Assembly: GCA_963720545.1 (NCBI GenBank) | Contig: OY970399.1 | Span: 1,280,001-1,344,000 of the forward strand | DNA: 64,000 nt | Direction: 5' to 3' | From: an uncultured Acidobacteriota bacterium | GTDB taxonomy: Bacteria; Acidobacteriota; Vicinamibacteria; Fen-336 | Program-made: the position numbers and the translations under genes | The notes under the pieces: model-generated | Seen by the model: only the letters and a program-made list of their open reading frames with translations | What the model was told of the DNA's origin: nothing | Databases searched by the model: none | Shown here: positions 37,630-48,174 of the stretch, piece by piece | Position numbering within the stretch: the first letter of the stretch is position 1 | How the letters are laid out: each line of letters begins with the position of its first letter

Positions 37630-38829
37630 CTAGGCCGCGTCCTGCAGGCACGCGACACCGGGTAGTTCGGCGCCGCTCAGGTACTCGAGCGAGGCGCCGC
37701 CGCCGGTCGAGACGTGATCGATCCGATCCGCGAGGTTCATCTGCGTGATGGCCGCGACGCTGTCGCCGCCGCCGACGATGGTGGTGCCGGTGCAGCCCGC
37801 CATGGCGCTGGCGACCGCGAGCGTGCCCTGCGCGAACGGCGCCATCTCGAAGACGCCCATCGGGCCGTTCCACACGACGAGCCGCGCCTCGCCCACCAGC
37901 TTGCCGTACGCGGCTGCCGTGCGCGGGCCGATGTCGAGGCCCATGTAGCCGTCGGGAATCTCGCTCACCGGCACCGTGCGGTGCTCGGCATCGGCGCTGA
38001 AGGCGGCCGCCACGACGTGGTCGATCGGCAGGTGCAGCTTGCCGGCGGCGCGGCCGAGCAGGTCGCGGGCGAGGTCCACCTTGTCTTCCTCGACGAGGCT
38101 CTTTGCCGTCGGCAATCCCTGCGCGCGGAAGAAGGTGTAGGCCATGCCGCCGCCGACCAGCAGCGCGTCCACGCGCGGCAGCAGGCTGTCGATGACCTCG
38201 ATCTTGTCGGAGACCTTGGCGCCGCCGAGGATGGCGACGAACGGGCGTTCCGGCGTGCCGAGTGCCATGCCGAGATAGCGCAATTCCTTCTCGAGCAGCA
38301 GGCCCGCGACGGCTTCCTGCACGTGCCGGGCGACGCCTTCGGTGGACGCATGGGCGCGATGCGCGGTGCCGAACGCGTCGTTGACGAACACCGTGGCGCC
38401 GGTGTCGGCGATCAGCGCGCGCGCGAACTCGGGGTCGTTTTTCTCTTCCTCGGGATGGAAGCGCACGTTCTCGAGCAGCAGCGCCGAGCCGTCCTGAAGC
38501 TCGCCGCAGAGGCGCTTCACTTCGGCGCCGATGCAATCCGGCGCGAGCGGCACCGAGCCGCCGAGAAGCTCGCCGAGGCGCGCGGCCACGGGGGCGAGCG
38601 AAAATTCCGGCGCCTTGCCCTTCTTGGGACGGCCCAGGTGCGATGCCAGGATGACGCGGGCGCCTTTCTCCTGCAGCGCCTTGATCGTCGGTACGGCGCC
38701 GCGGATGCGCGTGTCGTCGGTGATGTGGCCGCCCTCGACGGGCACGTTGAAGTCGACGCGCACGAACACGCGCTGTCCGTGGAGGTCGCCCAGCTCCTTC
38801 ACCGTCCGCTTCTGCTGCGCCGTCGCCAC
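37630..38829 (-). CDS. pgk: Phosphoglycerate kinase
   Basis: 'RVDFNVP', 'SHLGRP', '[13 protein letters not shown]', 'GGAKVSDKI', 'STGGGASLE'. Confidence 0.98.
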   Translation of the reverse strand: MATAQQKRTVKELGDLHGQRVFVRVDFNVPVEGGHITDDTRIRGAVPTIKALQEKGARVILASHLGRPKKGKAPEFSLAPVAARLGELLGGSVPLAPDCIGAEVKRLCGELQDGSALLLENVRFHPEEEKNDPEFARALIADTGATVFVNDAFGTAHRAHASTEGVARHVQEAVAGLLLEKELRYLGMALGTPERPFVAILGGAKVSDKIEVIDSLLPRVDALLVGGGMAYTFFRAQGLPTAKSLVEEDKVDLARDLLGRAAGKLHLPIDHVVAAAFSADAEHRTVPVSEIPDGYMGLDIGPRTAAAYGKLVGEARLVVWNGPMGVFEMAPFAQGTLAVASAMAGCTGTTIVGGGDSVAAITQMNLADRIDHVSTGGGASLEYLSGAELPGVACLQDAA

Positions 38830-38839
38830 CGGTGCGCGC

Positions 38840-39850
<1,011 letters not shown>

Positions 39851-39954
39851 TGACAATTTCCTCCCGGGGAACCTGAGAACGGCGAGTCTATCAACCCGCG
39901 CGCTCTTTTTTAGCCGTGCGGAATAAACCGACCGATCGTGCTATTATTCGCCGG

Positions 39955-40563
39955 ATGGCGGTGAGCAAGGGCGAGCACACGCGCAGGAAGATCGTCGGCC
40001 GGGCGCTGGCGCTTGCCGGCGAGACCGGCCTCGACGGCCTGTCGCTCGGCGTGCTGGCGGAAGACACGCGGCTCTCGAAGAGCGGCCTCTTCGCCCACTT
40101 CCGCTCGAAGGAAGCGCTGCAGCTGGGCGTGCTGCAGGCGATGACCGAGCGCTTCACCGACCAGGTGATCCGCCCCGCGCTGCTGGCACCGCGCGGCGAG
40201 CCGCGGCTGCGGCTGCTGTTCGAGAAGAACGTGGAATGGATCCGCGGCAGCGAAGGGCGGCGCGGCTGCCTGCTGCAGAAGCTCGCGAGCGAGTATGCCG
40301 ACCGGCCGGGGCCGCTGCGCGACCGGGTGGCCGAGGCGATGCGCGCGTGGCACGAGGTGGTGGCGCGCACGGCGCACGGCGCCGTCGAGAGCGGCGCCTT
40401 CCGTGCCGGCCTCGACGCGGCTGCCTTCGCCGACGAGTTCCTCGGCCTCGCGATGATGTTCCAGCAGCATCACCGCCTGCTGCGCGACCGCGTCGCTGAA
40501 AAGCGCGTGGTCGCGGCCTTTGACGCGCTGCTGCGCCGCAGCCGCGCGCAGCGGAAGCACTGA
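39955..40563 (+). CDS. TetR/AcrR-family transcriptional regulator
   Basis: HTH 'GLDGLSLG.LA....LSKSGLFAHF.SKE.L'; C-terminal 'GC'. Confidence 0.9.
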   Translation: MAVSKGEHTRRKIVGRALALAGETGLDGLSLGVLAEDTRLSKSGLFAHFRSKEALQLGVLQAMTERFTDQVIRPALLAPRGEPRLRLLFEKNVEWIRGSEGRRGCLLQKLASEYADRPGPLRDRVAEAMRAWHEVVARTAHGAVESGAFRAGLDAAAFADEFLGLAMMFQQHHRLLRDRVAEKRVVAAFDALLRRSRAQRKH

Positions 40564-41456
40564 TGCCGCGCCGCGCCTCCCCCGCCCTGCGCTGGGCCAT
40601 GCGCAACATCGGCCGTGCTTTGCCCGGACTTGCGGCACGCACCGCGCAGCGCATCTTCTTCACGCCGGTGCACGCACGGCCGCGCACGGAAGAGGCAGCT
40701 CTCCTCCAGACCGCGGAGAAACACCAGTTCGCGGCGCGCCACGGGCGTGTCGCGTACTGGTCGTGGGGCGCCGGCCCGGCCGTGCTCCTCGCCCACGGCT
40801 GGGGCGGGCACGCCGGGCACATGACGGCGTTCGTCGCGCCGCTGGTTGCCGCCGGCTACCGCGTGATCGCAGTCGACCAACCGGCGCACGGCGCGTCCGC
40901 GGGCAAGCGCTCATCGCTCGCCCACTTCGCCCACACCATCGAGGACCTGGCACATGCCGTGGGCGGCTTCGATGCGGCAGTGGCGCATTCGATGGGCACC
41001 TCGGCAGTGACCCTGGCGCTGAACCGCGGCCTGCAACTGCGCCGCGCGGTGTTCATCGCCGCGACCGCTTCTTTCGAGGGCGTGTGGCGGCGGTTCCGCG
41101 AGGGGCTCGAGATGCCGCCCGCAGCCTGGGAACGCATGGTCGCGAACACCACGCGCTGGCTCGGCATCGGCTTCGGCGAGATCGAACCTGCGCTGCTCGC
41201 GCGCACCATGACGCTGCCGCTGCTCGTCATCCAGGACCCGGGCGACCGGCAGACGCCGCTGCGCGAAGGCGAGCGCCTCGCGGCCGCATGGCCGGGCGCG
41301 CGACTCCTCGCGATTCCCGCAGGCGGACACGTGCGGATGCTCAAGGATGCGCGGGTGGTGGCGGCGGCGCTGGCGTTCCTGCCGTTAGAAGCCCCAGCTC
41401 GCGCCGAGGTAGACGCCGCGGGTCGCGGCCGGGAAGAACTCGCTGTAAAAGCCTGA
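40563..41456 (+). CDS. Alpha/beta-fold hydrolase
   Basis: 'LLAHGWGG', 'D.PAHG.S', nucleophile elbow 'AHSMG', Asp (DPGD) and His (GGH). ATG overlaps the TetR stop. Confidence 0.85.
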   Translation: MPRRASPALRWAMRNIGRALPGLAARTAQRIFFTPVHARPRTEEAALLQTAEKHQFAARHGRVAYWSWGAGPAVLLAHGWGGHAGHMTAFVAPLVAAGYRVIAVDQPAHGASAGKRSSLAHFAHTIEDLAHAVGGFDAAVAHSMGTSAVTLALNRGLQLRRAVFIAATASFEGVWRRFREGLEMPPAAWERMVANTTRWLGIGFGEIEPALLARTMTLPLLVIQDPGDRQTPLREGERLAAAWPGARLLAIPAGGHVRMLKDARVVAAALAFLPLEAPARAEVDAAGRGREELAVKA

Positions 41457-43634
41457 GAAGCCGGCGTTCGGATAGGAATAGCCGAAGGTCGTGAATCTGC
41501 GGTTGCCCAGGTTCTCGACAAAGGCTTGCAGCCGCAGGCGCTTGCCGACTCGCCAGGTGGCCTGCGCGTCGAGGGTCAGGCCGGGATCGACGAACTTGTT
41601 GACGTAACCCTCGGCAGCCCGCGCCGGCGGCGTCTTGCGCTCGTTCTCGCTGTTGTCGGTGAAGAGGCGGCCGACATGGCGTGCGCCGAACGCCACACGC
41701 AACGGGCCGAGGGTGCGCGCGAGCCGCAGCCGCGCAAGATGGCGGGGGAAGAGCGCGACGCGGTTGCCCGAGTAGTCGGCAGCGACCGGCTGCCCCGTCG
41801 CGTCCACGCTGCGCAGCACGAGAGCCGACAGCCGGTCCGAGCTCGCGCTCACGAAACCGTCGAGGTCGAGGCCGCCGCCGAGCGGTGCGCGCAACGCGAG
41901 CTCGAGCCCCTGATGTATGGAACGACCGGCGTTGGCGGTCAGCGGGTTGCCGTCGTCGTCGAGGCCGCCGGCAAACACCAGTTCGTCGCGAAACCGCATG
42001 CGATAGGCGGCGAGGCTCAGCCGTCCGCGGCCAATTGCCAGCGTCGCGCCAGCCTCGAGATCGAAGAGCGACTCGGGCCGCGCCAGTGGCTCGGTCAACT
42101 GCCGCCCGTCGGCCGCGACGCGCGCAAACGCGGCACGCGGGTCGCTGCCTGGATCCTGCGGATCCCAGATGTCACGGAACGCAGGCTCGGAGCGGGCACT
42201 GGCGACGGCGGCGAACATGCCGAATGCGGGGCTCTTGTTCCAGTTCACGCCGAAGCGCGGCGTGAACCACGAATAGCGGCCCTCGAAGGAAAACCCGCGG
42301 CTCAGGTCGCGGCGCATCGCGTAGCGGTGCGTGGTGGCCGAAAGCTCGGCGCTCAGGCTCAACTCGGGCCTCACCGCCAGAGTCTGGCGGGCGAAGAGCG
42401 AAAGCGAATCCTTCTCGGTGCGGTAGTTGTAGAGCGAGAACGGCAGCGCCAAAGGCGTGCCGGCAGACGCGCCGTCGGTCAGCGTTCCGTCGTGATGCGC
42501 CCGATGCACACTGGCTTCGACGCCGGCGTCGAGCGTGCCGTGGGCCTGCTGCCAGCGCAGGCGCGGGATGAGTCCCAGTCGCCGCTCGTCGATCGCGCGC
42601 CGACGCCAGGCGGCGGCCACGGCGCGTACGTCCGCCGGCCGTCCGTCGGGTGCGAAGCCGGTCACCACGTCGCGCTCGGCGTCGAACTGGCGGTAGGCAC
42701 CGCTGCCCAGGATCGCGTAGGCGGTGCTGCGCACGCTGAGCGCGGCGCTGGCCGCCCAGTCGTGCGTGAGCCGGACGTGCGGCTGCGTGTACGTGTCGAT
42801 CTCGCCGGGGTGCAGGAAGTTCGCGCGCCGGTCCGCGTCGCGGTCGCCGCTGATCGCGCCGCTCAGGTAATCGGCGGTGACGCCGGTGAACGCGAGCTCG
42901 GTGCGCTCCGGGCCGCCGAAGGCCGCGAGCCGCAGCGCCGAGCGCTCACCGTAGCGCTCGAAGGACACCTGGGCCAGCAGGTGGCGCACCGAGGCGCGCT
43001 CCCTGTAGCCCGCGGAGCCGATGCGGCTCAGGCGCGCGAGCCAGGCATAACGGCCGTCACGACTCGCGCCGGCGTGCCGCAACGAAGCGCGTGTGGTGCC
43101 AAACGAGCCCGCTGTCAACGCTGCCTCGGTGCCCACAAGGCTGCGCGCCGGTGCCGTCTCCAGGTTGAGGGCGCCACCGACCGCCGGCGAACCGTAGAGC
43201 GCCGTGCCGGTGCCGCGCTGGACCTGGACGTTGTCGAGGCCCGCGGCGAAGTCGGCAAGATCGACGAAGTACACCTGGTGCGTCTCCGCGGTGTTGAGGG
43301 GCACGCCGTCGATCGTCACCGCGATGCGCCGCTGGTCGAAGCCGCGCAGGCTGAGGTAGGCGTAGCCGACACCGTTGCCGGCGTCGCTGTACGCGTAGGC
43401 GCCGGGGACGTCCGACACCAGCGCCGCCAGGTCCTGGCCGTGGTGCAGGGTTTCGATCTGCGCGCGGTCGAGATTGGTGAAGCTCACCGGGTCGCGGCGC
43501 TCCTCGGCCCGGTCGGCGGTGACGATGACCTGCTCGACGACCACAGGCGGTGACGGCGAGGACGTGGGTTGCTGGGCCCAGGTGGCGGGCGCGGCGCTGA
43601 GGATCACGGCTGGAACGAGAACGGCAAGTCGCAT
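41385..43634 (-). CDS. TonB-dependent receptor, probable thiamine/thiamine-precursor uptake
   Basis: TonB-box-like 'EQVIVTA', plug 'SDAGNGVGY...LRGFDQRRI.V.IDGVPLN', C-terminal SWGF; directly downstream of a TPP riboswitch. Confidence 0.85.
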   Translation of the reverse strand: MRLAVLVPAVILSAAPATWAQQPTSSPSPPVVVEQVIVTADRAEERRDPVSFTNLDRAQIETLHHGQDLAALVSDVPGAYAYSDAGNGVGYAYLSLRGFDQRRIAVTIDGVPLNTAETHQVYFVDLADFAAGLDNVQVQRGTGTALYGSPAVGGALNLETAPARSLVGTEAALTAGSFGTTRASLRHAGASRDGRYAWLARLSRIGSAGYRERASVRHLLAQVSFERYGERSALRLAAFGGPERTELAFTGVTADYLSGAISGDRDADRRANFLHPGEIDTYTQPHVRLTHDWAASAALSVRSTAYAILGSGAYRQFDAERDVVTGFAPDGRPADVRAVAAAWRRRAIDERRLGLIPRLRWQQAHGTLDAGVEASVHRAHHDGTLTDGASAGTPLALPFSLYNYRTEKDSLSLFARQTLAVRPELSLSAELSATTHRYAMRRDLSRGFSFEGRYSWFTPRFGVNWNKSPAFGMFAAVASARSEPAFRDIWDPQDPGSDPRAAFARVAADGRQLTEPLARPESLFDLEAGATLAIGRGRLSLAAYRMRFRDELVFAGGLDDDGNPLTANAGRSIHQGLELALRAPLGGGLDLDGFVSASSDRLSALVLRSVDATGQPVAADYSGNRVALFPRHLARLRLARTLGPLRVAFGARHVGRLFTDNSENERKTPPARAAEGYVNKFVDPGLTLDAQATWRVGKRLRLQAFVENLGNRRFTTFGYSYPNAGFSGFYSEFFPAATRGVYLGASWGF

Positions 43635-43637
43635 CTT

Positions 43638-43722
43638 CGTTTTCCTACGCTGGCATGACCCAGGTCAGGTTCGAGGGTTTGATCTCAGCCCACGCCGATC
43701 GGCGCGGGCACCCCTAACGGTG
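43638..43722 (-). ncRNA. TPP (THI-box) riboswitch
   Basis: Minus strand: TAGGGGTGCCC...GGGCTGAGA-TCAAACCCTCGAACCTGACCTGGGTCATGCCAGCGTAGGAA. Contains the conserved GCUGAGA, ACCUGA and AUGCCAGCGUAGG segments and ends a few nt before the TBDR ATG. Confidence 0.93.
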
Positions 43723-43757
43723 TATGGACTCGAATCTAGGCGGGCGTGCCGGCGCCG

Positions 43758-44087
43758 TCAAGGAACGGGATCGGGCGCGAGCTTCACCCACACGTCGCCG
43801 TCCTCGACCCTGACTTCATGGCGCGGCACCGCGAAGTCGGCAATGCCGGCGGAGTGCGCGCCGCTGCGCACGTCGTAGGTCCAGTCGTGCCAGGGGCAGG
43901 TGACCATGCAGCCGTCGAGGAAACCCTGGCCGAGCGGGCCGCCGCGGTGCGAACAGCGGTTCGACAACGCGTAGAAGGTGCCGTCGATGTTGAAGAGCGC
44001 GACGTCCTTGCCGCCGGCCTGCACTTCGCGGCACTGGCCGGGAGCAAGATCCGCGGCGGCGCCGACGCGAAAGAAGCCTTCCATCAC
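43758..44087 (-). CDS. Rieske [2Fe-2S] ferredoxin (NirD/dioxygenase-ferredoxin type)
   Basis: 'CSH.GGPL..G....VTCPWH' motifs. Confidence 0.9.
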   Translation of the reverse strand: MMEGFFRVGAAADLAPGQCREVQAGGKDVALFNIDGTFYALSNRCSHRGGPLGQGFLDGCMVTCPWHDWTYDVRSGAHSAGIADFAVPRHEVRVEDGDVWVKLAPDPVP

Positions 44088-44197
44088 GCTTCAGTCTACG
44101 AAAAAACTACTGGCGATCCGCGGCCTCGAAGCTGTGATCGTGACGTCGATTGCCGCCTCCGGCAGTAAGATTTGCCGCACCTACGGAGGTACTTGCC

Positions 44198-45484
44198 ATG
44201 GCCAGCAGACGTTCTTTCCTTGGACGGGCAAGTGCGGCAGGCGCGGTGGCCGCGGCGCTGCGGCCGGAGGGACTGGCGCGGGTGTTCGCCGCGGAGACGC
44301 GAGCGGCGGGGCGGGCGCCCGGCGAAGTCGCTGCCGACGAGGATTACTGGCGCGAGATCCAGGCGGCCTTCACCGTCGACCGCAACCTCGTGAACCTCAA
44401 CAACGGCGGGGTATCGCCATCGCCGCGCGTCGTCCAGGAGGCCATGAAGCGCGAGCTGGACCTCAGCAACGAGGCGCCCGTCTACACGATGTGGACGCTG
44501 CTCGAGCCCAAGATCGAGACGGTCAGGCGCCGGCTCGCGCTGCACTTCGGGTGCGACCCCGAGGAAATGGCGATCACCCGCAACGCGAGCGAGTCGCTCG
44601 AGATCTGCCAGCTCGGCCTCGAACTCAAGCCGGGCGACGAAGTGCTGACCACCAACCAGGACTATCCGCGCATGCTGACGACCTGGCGCCAGCGCGAGCG
44701 CCGCGACGGCATCGTGCTGAAGCAGGTCTCGTTCGCGGTGCCGCCGAAGTCGAAGCAGGACCTCATAGACGTGTTCGCGCGCGCGATCACGCCGCAGACG
44801 CGGGTACTGCACGTCTGCCACATCACCAACCTCACCGGCCAGATCTTCCCGGTGAAGGAGATCTGCCGGATGGGGCGCGAGCGCGGCCTCGAAGTGATCG
44901 TGGACGGCGCGCACGCGTTCGCGCACTTCCCCTTCAAGCTCGAAGACCTCGACTGCGACTACTACGGCACCAGCCTCCACAAGTGGCTGTTCGCGCCCAT
45001 CGGCACCGGCTTCCTGTACGTGCGCAAGGCAAAGATCGCGAAGCTGTGGCCGCTGATGCCGGCGCCGCAGGAGATGGACGGCAACATCCGCAAGTTCGAG
45101 GAGATCGGCACGCACCCGGCGGCCAACCACAACGGCATCGCCGAGGCGCTCACCTTTCACGAGTCGATCGGCGCCGAACGCAAGGCGGCGCGGCTGCGCT
45201 ACCTGCGCGACCGCTGGATGAAGCGGCTCGACGGCCAGAAGAACATCCGCATCCACACGAGCTTCGATCCGGCGATGTCCTGCGCCATCGGCAACGTGCA
45301 GGTGGAGGGCGTGGACAGCAAGAAGCTCACCGAACACCTGTGGACGAAGCGCATCATCGTGGTGCCCATCATCCACGCCGAGTACCAGGGCCTGCGCGTC
45401 ACGCCGAACGTCTACACGACGCTCGCCGACGTCGACTACTTCGCAGAGGAGATGGAGAAGGTGGCCGCGGCCGGCGCGCTATGA
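44198..45484 (+). CDS. Class V PLP-dependent aminotransferase (isopenicillin N epimerase-like) with Tat signal
   Basis: 'MASRRSFLG' Tat motif with GGAGG RBS; 'LNNGGVSPSP', 'VDGAHA', 'SLHKWLFAPIGTG'. Confidence 0.85.
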   Translation: MASRRSFLGRASAAGAVAAALRPEGLARVFAAETRAAGRAPGEVAADEDYWREIQAAFTVDRNLVNLNNGGVSPSPRVVQEAMKRELDLSNEAPVYTMWTLLEPKIETVRRRLALHFGCDPEEMAITRNASESLEICQLGLELKPGDEVLTTNQDYPRMLTTWRQRERRDGIVLKQVSFAVPPKSKQDLIDVFARAITPQTRVLHVCHITNLTGQIFPVKEICRMGRERGLEVIVDGAHAFAHFPFKLEDLDCDYYGTSLHKWLFAPIGTGFLYVRKAKIAKLWPLMPAPQEMDGNIRKFEEIGTHPAANHNGIAEALTFHESIGAERKAARLRYLRDRWMKRLDGQKNIRIHTSFDPAMSCAIGNVQVEGVDSKKLTEHLWTKRIIVVPIIHAEYQGLRVTPNVYTTLADVDYFAEEMEKVAAAGAL

Positions 45485-46825
45485 CGGCTCGGCGCGCGGC
45501 AGGCGCAGGCGGGCGCGGGCGCCGCGCGCGCCTTCGCCGCCGCGGTTCTCGATCGTGAGTGTGCCGCCGTGGCCCTCGGCGATCTGGCGCGAGAGCACCA
45601 GGCCGATGCCGGAGCCGCCCGGCTTGGTGGTGAAGAACGGCACGAACAGGTTGGCGCGATTGCTGAGGCCGGGGCCGTCGTCCTCCACCACGATCTCGAC
45701 GTGGCGGTCGCGGGCGCGCCAGGAGACGCGCACCGCGCCGCCGGTCTCGAGCGCGGCATCGACGGCGTTGCGCACCAGGTTGATGAGCGCCTGTTGCAGC
45801 TGGTCGGGGTCGCCGGCGACACGCAGGTCGTCGCGAGCCGAATCCTTCACGTCAACCGCCAGCCGCGATTCGAGCCCGGTCACGCCGCGCACCAGGGCGC
45901 GCACCGACAGGTCCTGCAGTTGCGGCGGCGGCAGCCGCGCGAGGCGCGAGTAGGCGTCGGTGAAGCGCGCCAGCGCATCGGCGCGCTCGGCGACGATCGC
46001 CAGGCCCTTCGCCATGTCGGCGTCGGCGTCGGGCGGCCGCGGGCTGCGCGCCAGCAGGCTGCCGAGGCTCTGCGCGATCGACTTGATCGGCGTCAGCGAG
46101 TTGTTGAGCTCATGGCTCAGCACCCGGATCAGGCGGCGCCAGGCCTGGCGCTCCTCCTCGCGCAGCGCGCGGCTGATGTTGGTGAGCACCACCAGCTCCT
46201 GCGGCAGGCCCTCCTGGCGGATGCTGCTGCGGCGCACCTCGAAGCGGCCCGGCGCCTCGCGAAAGGCGGTGTCGAGGATGCGCGGGGTCTCGCCGCGCAG
46301 CGCGTCGTCGAGGCCCAGGTCGGTCGCCGTCTCGCCGAGGAGGCGCTCGGCGCTTTGCCCCAGGAGCCGCTCACCGGCGAGGTTGACGAGCCGCAGGCGG
46401 CGCTCCGAGTCGAAAGCGAACACCGCCACGTCGATCGCGTCCATCACCTTCTTGAGAAGCGCCGTCGCCTCGAGCGCGCCGAGCCGCTGGCGGCGCAGCG
46501 TGTCGGAGAGCGCGTTGACCTCGGCCAGCACGTCGCTCAGGGCGTCGTCGGTCTTCGAGTCGCGCACCCGGAACGAGAAGTCCTCCTCGCGCAGCGCGCC
46601 GAGCAGGTTGGATACGGTCTGCAACGGCCGCACCACCGACATCTGCGCCGCGCGCGCGAAGCCCCACCAGGCGAGCACCAGCAGCGCGGTGAGCGTCGAC
46701 TGCAACACCCGGTCGAAGGCGCCGAGCCACAGGAACGAGAGCGCCAGCACGGAGGCCGGCAGGCCGGCAAGCAGCGCAAACCCGAGCACCCGGCGGTCCT
46801 GAGCAAGCCGCCGGGCGCGGGTCAC
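45479..46825 (-). CDS. Membrane-bound sensor histidine kinase (PAS-containing, NtrB/NtrY-like)
   Basis: Two N-terminal TMs; 'LSHELNNSLTPI', 'INLVRNA', 'DDGPG', 'FFTTKPGGSGIGL'. GTG overlaps the regulator stop. Confidence 0.9.
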   Translation of the reverse strand: MTRARRLAQDRRVLGFALLAGLPASVLALSFLWLGAFDRVLQSTLTALLVLAWWGFARAAQMSVVRPLQTVSNLLGALREEDFSFRVRDSKTDDALSDVLAEVNALSDTLRRQRLGALEATALLKKVMDAIDVAVFAFDSERRLRLVNLAGERLLGQSAERLLGETATDLGLDDALRGETPRILDTAFREAPGRFEVRRSSIRQEGLPQELVVLTNISRALREEERQAWRRLIRVLSHELNNSLTPIKSIAQSLGSLLARSPRPPDADADMAKGLAIVAERADALARFTDAYSRLARLPPPQLQDLSVRALVRGVTGLESRLAVDVKDSARDDLRVAGDPDQLQQALINLVRNAVDAALETGGAVRVSWRARDRHVEIVVEDDGPGLSNRANLFVPFFTTKPGGSGIGLVLSRQIAEGHGGTLTIENRGGEGARGARARLRLPRAEPS

Positions 46826-48174
46826 AAGCCGTAGCGCTCCATCCGCCGGTAGAGCGCGCTGCGCGACAGGCCCAACGCCTCGGCGGCGCGGCTGACATTG
46901 CCGTCGTGGCGCTCGAGCGCCTTCTTCACCAGGAAGCAGTCCACCTCTTCGAGGCTCAGGTCCTCGAGGCGGGTCTTGTCGGCCGACGGCCGCAGCGCCA
47001 GGTCGGAGGCAACGATGCGCTCGCCCGCCGCCATCAAGGCGCCGCGCTCCACCGCGTGCTCCAGCTCGCGGACGTTGCCGGGCCAGGAGTGATCGAGCAG
47101 CGCGCGCATCGCAGCCGGCTCGAAGCCCGCGAGGCGCTTGCGGTAGCGGCGCGCCAGCGGCTCGAGGAAGGTGTGCGCCAGCGCCGGAATGTCCTCGCGG
47201 CGCTCGCGCAGGGGCGGCAGCCTTATCTCGATGGTGTTGAGGCGGAACAGGAGATCCTGGCGGAAGCGGCCCGCCGCCACTTCGGCGTCGAGGTCGGAGT
47301 TGGTCGCAGACAGCAGCCGCACGTCCACGCGCCGCGTCTTCGAGGAGCCGACTGGTTCGAACTCGCCGGTTTCGACCACCCGCAGCAGCTTCGGCTGCAG
47401 CGACAGCGGCACCGAGGCGATCTCGTCGAGGAAGAGCGTGCCGCCGTCGGCCAGCTCGAAACGGCCGACGCGGTCCGACTTGGCGTCGGTGAAGGCGCCG
47501 CGCACGTGGCCGAACACCTCGCTCTCGAAGACGCCCTCGGACAGGCCGGCGGCGTTGACGGTGACGAGCGGGCGGCGGGCGCGGCTGGAGACGGCGTGCA
47601 GCGCCCGCGCCACCGTGCCCTTGCCGGCGCCGTTCTCGCCGGTGATGAGCACCGCGGCGTCCGCGGTGCCGATGCGCCGCACCAGCTCGACCACCGCGCG
47701 CATCGCCGGCGATTCGGCCACCAGCGGCACCGGCTCGCCGCGCAGGCTGCGGTTCTCGGCGTCGAGGCGGCTGCCGCGGCGCAGCGCCTGCGCCAGCTCC
47801 ACCTGGGTGCGCACGATGCTCATGAGCCGCGCGTTGTTCCACGGCTTCTCGACGAAGTCGCGCGCCCCGCGGCGCATCGCAGCCACCGCGATCTCGACGC
47901 TGGCCCACGCGGTCATCACGATCACCGGTAGCTCGGGCTCCATCGCGACGATGCGCGACAGCAAGTCGAGGCCTTCCTGGCCCGAGGTGGTGTCGCGCGC
48001 GTAGTTGAGGTCGATGAGTACCGCGTCGAAGTCGTGCGACTCGAGCGTCTTCAGGACCGCCGCCGGCGACGACACGGTCTCGATGCCGAAACCTTCCGCC
48101 TTCAGCAGCAGCCGCAGCGCCTCGAGGACGTCGGGCTGGTCGTCCGCGACCAGGATGCGCGGCGCCTTGTTCAT
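46822..48174 (-). CDS. Sigma-54-dependent response regulator (NtrC family)
   Basis: Receiver 'ILVADD...D...KP', AAA+ 'GENGAGK', 'GAFTDA', 'LFLDEI', 'WPGNVREL', Fis-type HTH. Confidence 0.93.
   Translation of the reverse strand: MNKAPRILVADDQPDVLEALRLLLKAEGFGIETVSSPAAVLKTLESHDFDAVLIDLNYARDTTSGQEGLDLLSRIVAMEPELPVIVMTAWASVEIAVAAMRRGARDFVEKPWNNARLMSIVRTQVELAQALRRGSRLDAENRSLRGEPVPLVAESPAMRAVVELVRRIGTADAAVLITGENGAGKGTVARALHAVSSRARRPLVTVNAAGLSEGVFESEVFGHVRGAFTDAKSDRVGRFELADGGTLFLDEIASVPLSLQPKLLRVVETGEFEPVGSSKTRRVDVRLLSATNSDLDAEVAAGRFRQDLLFRLNTIEIRLPPLRERREDIPALAHTFLEPLARRYRKRLAGFEPAAMRALLDHSWPGNVRELEHAVERGALMAAGERIVASDLALRPSADKTRLEDLSLEEVDCFLVKKALERHDGNVSRAAEALGLSRSALYRRMERYGL

Noticed and set aside
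47485..47510. GAFTDA instead of GAFTGA in the NtrC-type regulator
   Set aside because: A common variant in this regulator subfamily; not evidence of novelty.
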